From a virus (taxonomy: Duplodnaviria > Caudoviricetes), in the IMG/VR virus record IMGVR_UViG_3300037067_017580, positions 12,860 through 76,859 of that record: a stretch of 64,000 nt of DNA. One strand, 5' to 3'. The notes under the pieces were generated by a model. That model worked only from the letters and a program-made list of their open reading frames with translations, was not told the origin of the DNA and ran no database searches. Both the position numbers and the translations under genes were made by a program. Positions 1 to 8,470 of the stretch are shown here, piece after piece; the first letter of the stretch is position 1; every line of letters starts with the position of its first letter.

Positions 1-1
1 A

Positions 2-271
2 ATTCTTTTAGATAAAGAAGATTTTGAAATAGCAGAAGAATATAAAGATTATATCCATATACTAAAAGAAAGAGATTACTATCTGGGAACCTGTAGCGAC
101 GACGGAGGGAGAATGATCGGTGTTGTTGCACAAGAAAGCGATGGCTGTGGGAACTTTGATTCTCTATGTATCTCTATAAAAAACTTAGTAGAAGAAGCAG
201 AAAAAATTAAAAAACTTCTTGACTTGCCCGTAGAAGATGTTAAAATAATAACTGGAACAAGGATGTGCTAA
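2..271 (+). CDS. 5'-truncated hypothetical protein
   Basis: Open frame from window edge to TAA at 269-271 (ILLDKEDFEIAEEY...GTRMC). Confidence 0.6.
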   Translation: MLLDKEDFEIAEEYKDYIHILKERDYYLGTCSDDGGRMIGVVAQESDGCGNFDSLCISIKNLVEEAEKIKKLLDLPVEDVKIITGTRMC

Positions 272-291
272 ATAGAAAAAAGGACTAAAAA

Positions 292-546
292 ATGAATTTA
301 AAGTTACTTGCAGTCTGTATTGTAGTTTTTATTTTGGTAATATTTAAAATATCAGCGACAGAAGAAACAGAAAGCGCAAAAAAGCCAGAAGTATATACTA
401 AAAACCCAAATATTGCTGTTGACTTCTTGGAAGAAATGCTTCTAAGAAAATGGGAATTAAAAAACGGCGACAGAAAAATAATTTGTACAATTAAAATAGA
501 GAAAAATCAATGGATTGTTTCAGAAGAGATTAAAATTGAGGAGTGA
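292..546 (+). CDS. Hypothetical protein with N-terminal signal/TM segment
   Basis: Hydrophobic N-terminus LLAVCIVVFILVIF; AAAGGA RBS upstream. Confidence 0.6.
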   Translation: MNLKLLAVCIVVFILVIFKISATEETESAKKPEVYTKNPNIAVDFLEEMLLRKWELKNGDRKIICTIKIEKNQWIVSEEIKIEE

Positions 547-1060
547 AATATTTGTAACCTCAGACACTCATTTTGGCCACGATAATATAAGAAAATATTG
601 TAATAGGCCATTTCCGTCTTGCCCGGAGATGGATGAAGCTATAATGCAAAATTGGAACGAAAAAGTTAAAAATAATGATATAATTTATCATTTAGGGGAT
701 TTCTCTTTTACAAAAAACACAGCAGAAACAAATAAATATTTAAATAGACTAAACGGAAAAATTGTATTAATTCGTGGGAACCATGATAAGAAATCTGTAG
801 TTTCTGCAAATTTTTTTGAAGTATATTCTAAATATCAAGGAAAAATGTTAACGGTAAGCGAAGACAATTATTACTTAAATCATTTTCCTCATTTAAGTTG
901 GGACAGATCACATTACGGAGTGTTTCATCTTTTTGGGCATTGTCATGGAGAATTGAAGAATCCACCCATAAATTCTCTTGATGTTGGTGTTGATGCTAAT
1001 AATTTTACTCCTTTAAATATTGAAGAGGTTAAAGAAAAATTTAAAAATAAAAATGGATGA
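515..1060 (+). CDS. Calcineurin-like metallophosphoesterase
   Basis: Motifs DTHFGH, GDFSF, GNHD, GHCHG; real start may be TTG at 536. Confidence 0.9.
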   Translation: MFQKRLKLRSEIFVTSDTHFGHDNIRKYCNRPFPSCPEMDEAIMQNWNEKVKNNDIIYHLGDFSFTKNTAETNKYLNRLNGKIVLIRGNHDKKSVVSANFFEVYSKYQGKMLTVSEDNYYLNHFPHLSWDRSHYGVFHLFGHCHGELKNPPINSLDVGVDANNFTPLNIEEVKEKFKNKNG

Positions 1061-1370
1061 ACAAAAATATTCTTTATATGTAGAAAATGTTTTACAAGAG
1101 ATTCTTTGCGATTTTAATAATAATTTATCTCCATATTTTAAAAATATAAAACAAAGAACAGAGACAGAATTTAAAAAACACGAACATCTTTTAGAGGTAA
1201 ACAGAAAATTCCTTAAACAGTGTCCTCTCCCATTAAATATCCTTAATAAAAAAGGATGGAAAAGTTTTAGATATAACAAATTAGACCAAGAAACACTAAA
1301 CGAAATATTAAAAAGAATAAAGAAAAGTAAAGAAAATAATAACATATTTGAAGATTTTTTAGGAGACTAA
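1053..1370 (+). CDS. Hypothetical protein
   Basis: Tiles between neighbours; ATG 1053 overlaps previous stop. Confidence 0.6.
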   Translation: MDEQKYSLYVENVLQEILCDFNNNLSPYFKNIKQRTETEFKKHEHLLEVNRKFLKQCPLPLNILNKKGWKSFRYNKLDQETLNEILKRIKKSKENNNIFEDFLGD

Positions 1371-2489
1371 ATGTATATTCACCCGGCGCGGCTCTACGAT
1401 TATCAAACAATTTACGATAATTTACAGCTTGAAATCGCAAATAAAAACGTCTCTGTCTCAAAAATGGGGGATTTAGAGCTATATCACTACACAAATAAAT
1501 GTACATACGACCATGCGTGGAATGTCTGGACTAAAATGGCGCGGGGCTTAATTTTAGATGTTGTAGAAAAAAGGGTTGTAGCAACTCCATTTGAGAAGTT
1601 TTTTAATTATGGAGAACTAGGGAATTTCGATTTACCGAATGAACCATTCTCAGCGTTTGAGAAACTTGATGGGTCGATGATTATATGTTTTTGGTATAAA
1701 GATCGTTGGATTTTAACCACTAAAGGTTCTTTTTATTCAGAACAAGGTAAATGGGCAACTGAAAAATTCAAAGAATATGATGAAGAAGCCCTTGTTAAAG
1801 GGACAACATATATTTTTGAAGCCATATATAAAGCAAACCAAATTGTTGTTTCATATAATTATGAGGGGCTGGTTATTCTTTCATGCTTTAGCGAAAATGG
1901 GACAGAAACTGGGTATAACCATCTTCCGGCGTTGTCTCATATTATAGAATGTAAAGATGCTATTTCTTATTCTTTTAATAATATAGAAGAGATAATAAAC
2001 GCCGCAAAAATCCTTGATAAAAACAACGAAGGATTTGTCGTCCGTTTTGAAAACGGTTATCGCATTAAAATAAAAGGTGAGGAATATAAGCGCATACATA
2101 AAATTGTGTCAAATATTACTCCAATAGCGATATGGGAAGCAATGTTGGCCAAAGATAACCTATTAGAAATTCGCAAACAAATTCCAGAAGAGTTTTATAA
2201 AGATTTTGATAAAATTCGTGATTTATTGTCAGAAAAAATGCAAGATTTGTTAATGGAAATCGGAATATGGGGGCTAAAAACAAAAGATTTGTCAAATAAA
2301 GAACTTGGGCTGGACGAATCTGTGCCGAAAGACATCAAGGGATTTATTTTCGCCGCTAGAAACAACAAAAGTATTATTACTGATAAAAAACAAAGAGAAT
2401 CATTTTTTCGCAAATTTAGACCAGATGGGAATATTCTAGAAGGTTATTCCGCAAGTACACATCTTTTAGGGTTGAAGGATGAAATATGA
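1371..2489 (+). CDS. RNA ligase, T4 Rnl1-like
   Basis: ARGLILD, FEKFFNYGE, motif I EKLDGS, EGFVV, RIKIKGEEY; AGGAG RBS. Confidence 0.9.
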   Translation: MYIHPARLYDYQTIYDNLQLEIANKNVSVSKMGDLELYHYTNKCTYDHAWNVWTKMARGLILDVVEKRVVATPFEKFFNYGELGNFDLPNEPFSAFEKLDGSMIICFWYKDRWILTTKGSFYSEQGKWATEKFKEYDEEALVKGTTYIFEAIYKANQIVVSYNYEGLVILSCFSENGTETGYNHLPALSHIIECKDAISYSFNNIEEIINAAKILDKNNEGFVVRFENGYRIKIKGEEYKRIHKIVSNITPIAIWEAMLAKDNLLEIRKQIPEEFYKDFDKIRDLLSEKMQDLLMEIGIWGLKTKDLSNKELGLDESVPKDIKGFIFAARNNKSIITDKKQRESFFRKFRPDGNILEGYSASTHLLGLKDEI

Positions 2490-3460
2490 AGCTTGAAAAC
2501 ATTGGATTTTATACACTATCAGACGACAGGGCGAATTCTTCCTCAATCTTTTCGCCCTTGCAAAGATGCGAACTAATCTTGGGCGGCAGATGTAATTTTA
2601 AATGTCCCTATTGCCGTGGGCTTAGACCTGACTTTTCTAAAGATATGACAGAAGAAGAGGCTCTTTCTGTCCTTGAAATATGGTGTCAAAATAGACTAAA
2701 AAATGTACGGTTTTCTGGTGGCGAGCCAACCATCTACAAATATTTAGGTAATCTAGTTTCGTTTTGTAAAGGAAATCAAGTAGAAAGAATCGCAATTTCA
2801 ACCAATGGAAGCGCAGATATCTCGTTATATGAAGATTTATTTAACAGAGGGGTAAACGACTTTTCTATCTCTTTAGATTCTGGCTGTTGCTCTATTGGCG
2901 ATAAAATGGCCGGAGGGGTTAGTGGGGCTTGGGAAAGAGTAATTGAAACAATTAAATATCTTAGCAAAAGAACATATGTTACAGTGGGCATGGTTTTTAC
3001 AGAAGAAAATATCAACCAGTGTTTGGAGTATGTTTTATTCGCTGATTCTCTTGGTGTTTCTGATATTAGAGTAATTCCTTCTGCTCAGTACAATAAAGCT
3101 CTTTCTATTTTAACCAAACTGCCAGAAGAAATTTTAAACAAGCATAAAATTCTAAAATATAGAATTAACAACATAAACAGCGGAAAACACGTTAGAGGGT
3201 TACAAAAGAACGACTGTAATCGGTGTTGGCTTGGCCTTGACGATATGGTTTGTGTCGGAGGATATCATTTTCCGTGCATTATTCACATGAGGGAAGGCGG
3301 CGATCCTATTGGGAAAATTGGTCAAGATATTAGAACACAGAGAGAAAGCTGGGTTAAGAACCATAATTGTCAAACTGATCCAATTTGTATTAAAAACTGT
3401 TTAGATGTTTGCCGGGATTATAATAATAAATATGAAGAATTACACGATAAAACATCTTGA
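2486..3460 (+). CDS. Radical SAM protein with Cys-rich C-terminal extension
   Basis: CNFKCPYC, FSGGEPT, ISTNG; C-terminal Cys cluster; ATGA overlap with ligase. Confidence 0.88.
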   Translation: MKLENIGFYTLSDDRANSSSIFSPLQRCELILGGRCNFKCPYCRGLRPDFSKDMTEEEALSVLEIWCQNRLKNVRFSGGEPTIYKYLGNLVSFCKGNQVERIAISTNGSADISLYEDLFNRGVNDFSISLDSGCCSIGDKMAGGVSGAWERVIETIKYLSKRTYVTVGMVFTEENINQCLEYVLFADSLGVSDIRVIPSAQYNKALSILTKLPEEILNKHKILKYRINNINSGKHVRGLQKNDCNRCWLGLDDMVCVGGYHFPCIIHMREGGDPIGKIGQDIRTQRESWVKNHNCQTDPICIKNCLDVCRDYNNKYEELHDKTS

Positions 3461-3725
3461 TCCGGGTTATTTTGATTGGCTTTCGTGGAAAAGTGGCTCT
3501 ATTTTAGAAATTTTTAATATCCAGCACCGTTATTTCTCAATTTCAAAAAATATAAACACCATTAGAAAATATGCCGTTGGATATTGTAAAGCAAAAGAGT
3601 TATTGTTCCGACCAAAACAAGGTTATATTGCAGTTATGTTCAACCATGGAGAAATATATAGCTGGTGGACACATTTAACTGAAAAAGAATTTAAAATTTG
3701 CTTTCCAGAGATAAATATTTGGTAA
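3432..3725 (+). CDS. Hypothetical protein
   Basis: Co-oriented ORF; ATG 3432 preferred over 3405. Confidence 0.55.
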   Translation: MKNYTIKHLDPGYFDWLSWKSGSILEIFNIQHRYFSISKNINTIRKYAVGYCKAKELLFRPKQGYIAVMFNHGEIYSWWTHLTEKEFKICFPEINIW

Positions 3726-3732
3726 AATTGTA

Positions 3733-3760
3733 TTGACATTACGAAATTTTATGATATAAT
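3733..3760 (+). promoter_or_regulatory. Sigma70 promoter TTGACA-N16-TATAAT with extended -10
   Basis: Perfect hexamers, TG at 3752-3753, intergenic position. Confidence 0.85.
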
Positions 3761-3764
3761 TAAA

Positions 3765-3876
3765 ACGATAAACTGAATGACGGTTGATGTTCTTCCTGTC
3801 TTAGCATACCGGAAGTCAGCGGTAAAAGTCCGCAAAAGATGGCAAATATAGACAGGTTTTTTGTCTTTTAAGGAGG
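3765..3876 (+). promoter_or_regulatory. Candidate structured 5' leader (riboswitch/attenuator-like)
   Basis: Competing helices: 3792-3796/3811-3815, 3795-3801/3850-3856, 3850-3854/3862-3866 plus U-run; hairpin 3819-3833; ends at AAGGAGG. Confidence 0.4.
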
Positions 3877-3882
3877 TTAAAA

Positions 3883-4092
3883 ATGGAATCAGGTTATTTT
3901 TGGGCTTTGGTTTGCAAAAAAGATAATTTAATCGGTACAAACTATTTACCTTTTGGAACAATGTTTATAAATACTGTTAATGTTTTCACAACTAGAAAAG
4001 ATGCAAGAAAAGCTAAATCAGCCTTAGTTAATCCAAAAGAAGCGAAAGTTACAAAAATTTTTATAGGGGAACTAAAAGGTTTTTCATGCTAA
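3883..4092 (+). CDS. Hypothetical protein, paralog of 45358..45546
   Basis: AAGGAGG RBS; shared Y-x-W-A-x-V and NVF-xx-RKDAR-x-AK motifs. Confidence 0.7.
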   Translation: MESGYFWALVCKKDNLIGTNYLPFGTMFINTVNVFTTRKDARKAKSALVNPKEAKVTKIFIGELKGFSC

Positions 4093-4526
4093 AATATATT
4101 AAAAAACTCTATTATAATATCAAAAACCGCTTGCGGCTATCAAACCATCTTCCATCGGGCTTCCCTGCTGGAGAATATTATGAGCCGTGCGACCTAATCC
4201 CGGCTGTTCTTTTACAGGCGGTTGAAGATTTTGTTGCCAGAGACAAACAAGACGGGCTAAAATGGTTTAGTGACAGCGAATATCGTGAAAATATAATTGA
4301 AATTTTGCATTTTAAAATTATAGAACTTCCATTATTGGAAAAAGAATTTGACGACAAAGTTACGATTCTTTATGGGGGAATGCGGCTTGAAGATTTAAAT
4401 ACAAAAAGAACTCTTGATTGGGAAATTGGAAATTTAACTCTTAACACCGTAGAATCAAAAATAAATAGGCGCAAAAAAGAAATTCTTCATATAATTATTG
4501 ATATTTATCCTTATTTATGGAGTTAG
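4086..4526 (+). CDS. Hypothetical phage protein
   Basis: Co-oriented tiling ORF. Confidence 0.6.
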   Translation: MLKYIKKLYYNIKNRLRLSNHLPSGFPAGEYYEPCDLIPAVLLQAVEDFVARDKQDGLKWFSDSEYRENIIEILHFKIIELPLLEKEFDDKVTILYGGMRLEDLNTKRTLDWEIGNLTLNTVESKINRRKKEILHIIIDIYPYLWS

Positions 4527-4532
4527 ACCATT

Positions 4533-4925
4533 ATGAAAATTGAACCAATTAGTGAATTTGAAACAAAAAACAATATTAGATTCCATTGCTACCAACAACG
4601 ACCAGAAGATTTTAAACCTGGGGCGATTTTAAAGATAAGAAACTATAATTATGAAAAAGACAGATATTTTAAAGCAGATACGGTTGATAAGGCTGGAAAA
4701 AGTTGTAGAGATTATCTAAAAAGTATATTGCCATATATTGATGCGGAGTTAAACAGACAAATAGACATAAAAATGCCAAAATATTTAATAAAACCAACTC
4801 AAAACATGATAAATAAAATACAAAAAATTATCAAAAATAATAGTAATAAATCTATTAATTTTGCATTTAAAAACACAGTAGATATTGGAACAAAAGAAAT
4901 CGTCCTTATATATCTGGAGGAATAA
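4533..4925 (+). CDS. Hypothetical protein
   Basis: Co-oriented tiling ORF. Confidence 0.55.
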   Translation: MKIEPISEFETKNNIRFHCYQQRPEDFKPGAILKIRNYNYEKDRYFKADTVDKAGKSCRDYLKSILPYIDAELNRQIDIKMPKYLIKPTQNMINKIQKIIKNNSNKSINFAFKNTVDIGTKEIVLIYLEE

Positions 4926-5016
4926 AAATGAGAACAGCAAAAAAAGAATGGTTGTTAAAAGTAATTGATCTTTTGTATAATACATGTATTGATCAAGGAG
5001 GTTTTAACTGCTTATG

Positions 5017-5052
5017 AAAATCCAACAAAATCAAAAGAAATCGGTTAAAATC
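5017..5052 (+). repeat. Four RAAATC hexamers at exact 10-bp period
   Basis: Starts at 5017, 5027, 5037, 5047. Confidence 0.75.
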
Positions 5053-5054
5053 AC

Positions 5055-5083
5055 TTGCTTTTTAACCCTAAATGTAGTATATT
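5055..5083 (+). promoter_or_regulatory. Sigma70-like promoter TTGCTT-N17-TATATT
   Basis: Directly upstream of AAGGAG RBS and ATG 5097. Confidence 0.55.
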
Positions 5084-5096
5084 TAAGGAGTGAAAG

Positions 5097-5267
5097 ATGA
5101 AAGTCATAAAGGTAACGAAAGAGTATTTCCAGACAGAGGACGAGAAGGTTTATTTCTTCGAGCCTTTGGAAAAAGAAATATCCGTTGAGGATATGCAGAA
5201 GATTGTGGACGCAAACGAAAAATTAGTTAAGGAGTTGGAAGATGGAACACGTACCATTTCCAAATAA
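5097..5267 (+). CDS. 56-aa acidic protein (MKVIKVTKEYFQTEDEKVYFFEPLEKEISVEDMQKIVDANEKLVKELEDGTRTISK), not in ORF track
   Basis: Translated by hand; AAGGAG RBS; overlaps MTase start. Confidence 0.75.
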   Translation: MKVIKVTKEYFQTEDEKVYFFEPLEKEISVEDMQKIVDANEKLVKELEDGTRTISK

Positions 5268-5787
5268 GAAGTATCAAATTATCTATGCTGATCCACCTTG
5301 GAGTTATAACGACAAAATGGCTGGACATAGTTTTAGCTTAGACCACGAATATGAAACACAGAGTAAACAGTGGATAAGTCAATTACCCGTAGGTGAATTA
5401 GCAGAAAAAGATGCCTGTTTATTTTTATGGGTAACAAGTCCACTACTTGATGAAGGTATAAAAGTTTTAGAAGATTGGGGGTTTAAGTATAAAACAATAG
5501 CGTTTGTTTGGAGTAAATACACTAAAAACGGAATATTGGTCAGTAATTTAGGAAGGTGGACAATGGGCAATGTGGAGCTTTGTCTGCTTGGTATAAAAGG
5601 TAAGCCGAATAGCTGGAGAGTTGATAAAAGCATAAAACAACTTGTTCAGGCAGAGAGAACAAAGCACAGCAAAAAACCACAAGAAGTTAGAGACAGAATA
5701 ATAAAACTTTTGGGGGATAGAAGCAGAATAGAATTATTTGCTCGGCAAAAGACAGACGGTTGGGATGTTTGGGGTAATGAAGTATGA
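5242..5787 (+). CDS. MT-A70 family N6-adenine methyltransferase
   Basis: IIYADPPW, LFLWVT, WGFKYKTIAFVW, HSKKP, RIELFAR. Confidence 0.92.
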   Translation: MEHVPFPNKKYQIIYADPPWSYNDKMAGHSFSLDHEYETQSKQWISQLPVGELAEKDACLFLWVTSPLLDEGIKVLEDWGFKYKTIAFVWSKYTKNGILVSNLGRWTMGNVELCLLGIKGKPNSWRVDKSIKQLVQAERTKHSKKPQEVRDRIIKLLGDRSRIELFARQKTDGWDVWGNEV

Positions 5788-6401
5788 AAATCTATAAAAT
5801 CACAGAAGCAAGCGAATATCTTGGGGTATCAATCAACACGCTCAAGACGCTTGCCAACAATGGAAAGATAAAGTCTTTCAAGACTACTGGTGGGCATAGG
5901 CGTTTCCGTCAGGAAGACTTAGACGCTTATATGGGAGTTGAGAAAGAAAAACAAGAAAAGTTGACTGTGATTTATGCGAGATGTTCAACCGCAAAGCAGA
6001 AAGAAAACCTTGAACGGCAAAAAGACAGGTTGAGAAAACACGCAGAAGCCAAAGGTTATAAGTATGTTTTGATTGATGAGATTGCCAGCGGAATAAACGA
6101 GAAGCGAAACGGCATACACAAGTTAATCAAAATGTGTTTTGAAGGTAAAGTTGAACGAGTTCTGATTGAATACAAAGATAGACTTGCCAGATTTGGTTAT
6201 GAATATCTTGATGCCATATTTACCAATCTTGAAATCACAGTTGAAATAATGGAAGTGAAAAACAAGAAATACGAAGAAGAATTGGCAGAGGATATTATGA
6301 AAATTCTCACTTGCTATTCGGCAAGATATTACGGTGCAAGAGGTGGTAGAAAGAAGAAAATTAAGGTTGAAAATGAACCAGTCGAATCTAATGGAATTTG
6401 A
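5784..6401 (+). CDS. tnpA: IS607-family transposase TnpA (MerR-like HTH plus serine recombinase)
   Basis: EASEYLGVSINTLK, GGHRRF, IYARCST, LERQ, EIASG, YKDRLARFG. Confidence 0.92.
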   Translation: MKIYKITEASEYLGVSINTLKTLANNGKIKSFKTTGGHRRFRQEDLDAYMGVEKEKQEKLTVIYARCSTAKQKENLERQKDRLRKHAEAKGYKYVLIDEIASGINEKRNGIHKLIKMCFEGKVERVLIEYKDRLARFGYEYLDAIFTNLEITVEIMEVKNKKYEEELAEDIMKILTCYSARYYGARGGRKKKIKVENEPVESNGI

Positions 6402-6425
6402 AAAGGAGGAGATGGAGGGTGTGTT

Positions 6426-6629
6426 TTGTGTTTAAAAAAATATACAATTAAAGAAATATTACCCTTAGTTGAAGAATATAATTCAAAATTAAAGTTTAAA
6501 TTTGAAATAAAAACAGAAAAAGGAACAATAGATTGGGGAGAAAACCAAGAATGGATAGTAATAGCAGATGAAAGCACTCCTCTTTCTGCCGCAACAATAG
6601 AATGGGCTGATATTTATATAAAAATTTAA
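6426..6629 (+). CDS. Hypothetical protein
   Basis: GGAGG-rich RBS; tiling ORF. Confidence 0.55.
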   Translation: MCLKKYTIKEILPLVEEYNSKLKFKFEIKTEKGTIDWGENQEWIVIADESTPLSAATIEWADIYIKI

Positions 6630-6642
6630 TAAGGAATTTTAT

Positions 6643-6837
6643 ATGCGTAGCAAAACACCAGAATTTGGAACCAAAAGAATTAAAAAGTGGTTTGCATTTT
6701 TTCCAGTTAAAATACTTTATGATGGGATAATGGAAAAGCGCTGGCTTGAAACAGTAATGGTCGAACAAGTATTTTTTAAATATTTTCCCTTCGGAAGTGG
6801 CTGGACAAACAACAGGTTTATAGATGAGGAGAAGTAA
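6643..6837 (+). CDS. Hypothetical phage protein
   Basis: AAGGA RBS; tiling ORF. Confidence 0.6.
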   Translation: MRSKTPEFGTKRIKKWFAFFPVKILYDGIMEKRWLETVMVEQVFFKYFPFGSGWTNNRFIDEEK

Positions 6838-7203
6838 ATGGACATAAAAACAATCACATCTATAAAGCTAAAAGAAAAGTCTGAAAATATAGAATATCTT
6901 TCTATCCTTAATTTTATCTTAGCTTTTATAAGTGCTTTTTGTGGAATTTTTTGCGCATATGTTGGGTTTGACTGGTTGGCAGCAATTCCATTACTTGTCT
7001 CTATATTTTTTCTAATAAGCTCAATGTTTCTGGTATATAAATCTTCTGTATTGTTTGGAGAAAAAATGGATAGAATTTCTAGTGTTCCATATAAAAAGTT
7101 GCTTTTAGCACTTAAAAACGACAAAGAAAATGGATACTGGGATGTTTTAGAGTGCGAAGAATGTCATTTCCCCGGAGATTGTCTTTTATGTGGAGCTAAA
7201 TAA
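6838..7203 (+). CDS. Hypothetical membrane protein with C-terminal Cys motif
   Basis: Two hydrophobic segments; CEECHFPGDCLLC. Confidence 0.6.
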   Translation: MDIKTITSIKLKEKSENIEYLSILNFILAFISAFCGIFCAYVGFDWLAAIPLLVSIFFLISSMFLVYKSSVLFGEKMDRISSVPYKKLLLALKNDKENGYWDVLECEECHFPGDCLLCGAK

Positions 7204-7204
7204 A

Positions 7205-7420
7205 ATGAAAATTAAAAAAATAATTAGTCAAGACAGAAGAGATTTTACTGCTATTTATGAGTGTGAACACTGTGGAGCCACTGAAGAAGGATATGGCTAC
7301 GACGATAAAAATTTCCATAATAATGTTATTCCCAAAATTGCCTGTAAAAAATGTGGTAAAATAGCACCAGAAGAATATCGATCACTTACTACAAAATACG
7401 AAGAATGGGAAAGTGTATGA
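7205..7420 (+). CDS. Small zinc-ribbon protein
   Basis: CEHCG and CKKCG pairs. Confidence 0.7.
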   Translation: MKIKKIISQDRRDFTAIYECEHCGATEEGYGYDDKNFHNNVIPKIACKKCGKIAPEEYRSLTTKYEEWESV

Positions 7421-8013
7421 AAAATATAGGTGTTGACCTAGACGGCTGTGTCTATGATTTTGGCTCTAAGTTCTTAGCAATGCTTAATCTGCGGCTTGGA
7501 ACCAATTATGGTTATTATGACCAAACCCATTGGTTTTATGAAGAATCTTTGGGCATTGATAAAAAAATCACCGAAGAAGTGTTTAAGTGTTTCGTTGACA
7601 ACAAAATGTATCAATCTCTTGATATTTATCCATACGCACAAGAGGGGCTTTGTCTATTAGAGTCGCAGGGCTATCATATCCATTACATAACATCTCGCCC
7701 ACATGAAGGAATTAGGCCAACCTTGAAGAAAATTTTAAGTGATGGTTTACCTATGACAGGCATATATTTCTGTAACACCGACGAAGAAAAGATAAAATAT
7801 TCAAAAAATAATGATATTTCTCTTGTAATTGAAGATAAACCGAGTATAATAGACCTATATATGAAGAACGGAATAAAGGTTATAAAAATAGAGCACCCAT
7901 ATAATAAAGAAATAAAAGCAACTAAAAGATTAGATGGTGGCCCACGATCAGCATCAGCACACTGGGAAAATATCCCTATTGTTATTGAAAAAATATTTAA
8001 AGAAAGCACCTAA
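7417..8013 (+). CDS. HAD-family 5'(3')-deoxyribonucleotidase-like protein
   Basis: IGVDLDG, YITSR, IEDKP motifs. Confidence 0.8.
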   Translation: MKNIGVDLDGCVYDFGSKFLAMLNLRLGTNYGYYDQTHWFYEESLGIDKKITEEVFKCFVDNKMYQSLDIYPYAQEGLCLLESQGYHIHYITSRPHEGIRPTLKKILSDGLPMTGIYFCNTDEEKIKYSKNNDISLVIEDKPSIIDLYMKNGIKVIKIEHPYNKEIKATKRLDGGPRSASAHWENIPIVIEKIFKEST

Positions 8014-8014
8014 A

Positions 8015-8470
8015 ATGTCAAAACAGCCAAAAAATATAACAATATTTGCCACAATTATTTCAAAAGATCATAAGATTTTGGAATTTTCGGCCATTTCTAC
8101 TAATACTCTTTTTGATTATTCTGGTGAATTTACTGTTCTTGTTGAGAATAAGTCTAAAGATGTCCCAGCTTTTTATGAGAAATTTAACAAAAAAACAGAC
8201 CGTATAGACTTATCTTCGGCAATTGATAAATTTCTTCTTTGGTTGCCCCACGATACAGATATTGTCGCCAATAGATATTATGATACGTTTTTAAGAATTC
8301 TCAAAGAAAACGAAATTAGATTGCCCAGTCTTAAAGTTTATTATATTGAAGATGAGGCGGCGGCAAAAGAAGATATCGGAAGCATATCTGGAAATCCGTC
8401 TCTTCAAATCGCTAGAAAGAACTATCATTATTTGAGGAAAAACTATAATGGAAACAAAAGAAGAAAATAA
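8015..8470 (+). CDS. Possible degenerate DnaQ/DEDD exonuclease-like protein
   Basis: ILEFSAI, EFTVLV, AIDKFLLWL, IVANRYYD resemble the DnaQ layout, but ExoI acidic residues are absent. Confidence 0.35.
   Translation: MSKQPKNITIFATIISKDHKILEFSAISTNTLFDYSGEFTVLVENKSKDVPAFYEKFNKKTDRIDLSSAIDKFLLWLPHDTDIVANRYYDTFLRILKENEIRLPSLKVYYIEDEAAAKEDIGSISGNPSLQIARKNYHYLRKNYNGNKRRK

Larger units (their letters stand above)
5017..6401 (+). mobile_element. IS607-like element lacking TnpB, carrying a small ORF and an MT-A70 methyltransferase
   Basis: TnpA serine recombinase at 5784-6401, phased left-end repeats, own promoter; ends approximate. Confidence 0.6.

Noticed and set aside
2486-3460. Viperin-like antiviral enzyme
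   Set aside because: Lacks the N-x-H-x-T...CNxxCxFCF pattern typical of viperins
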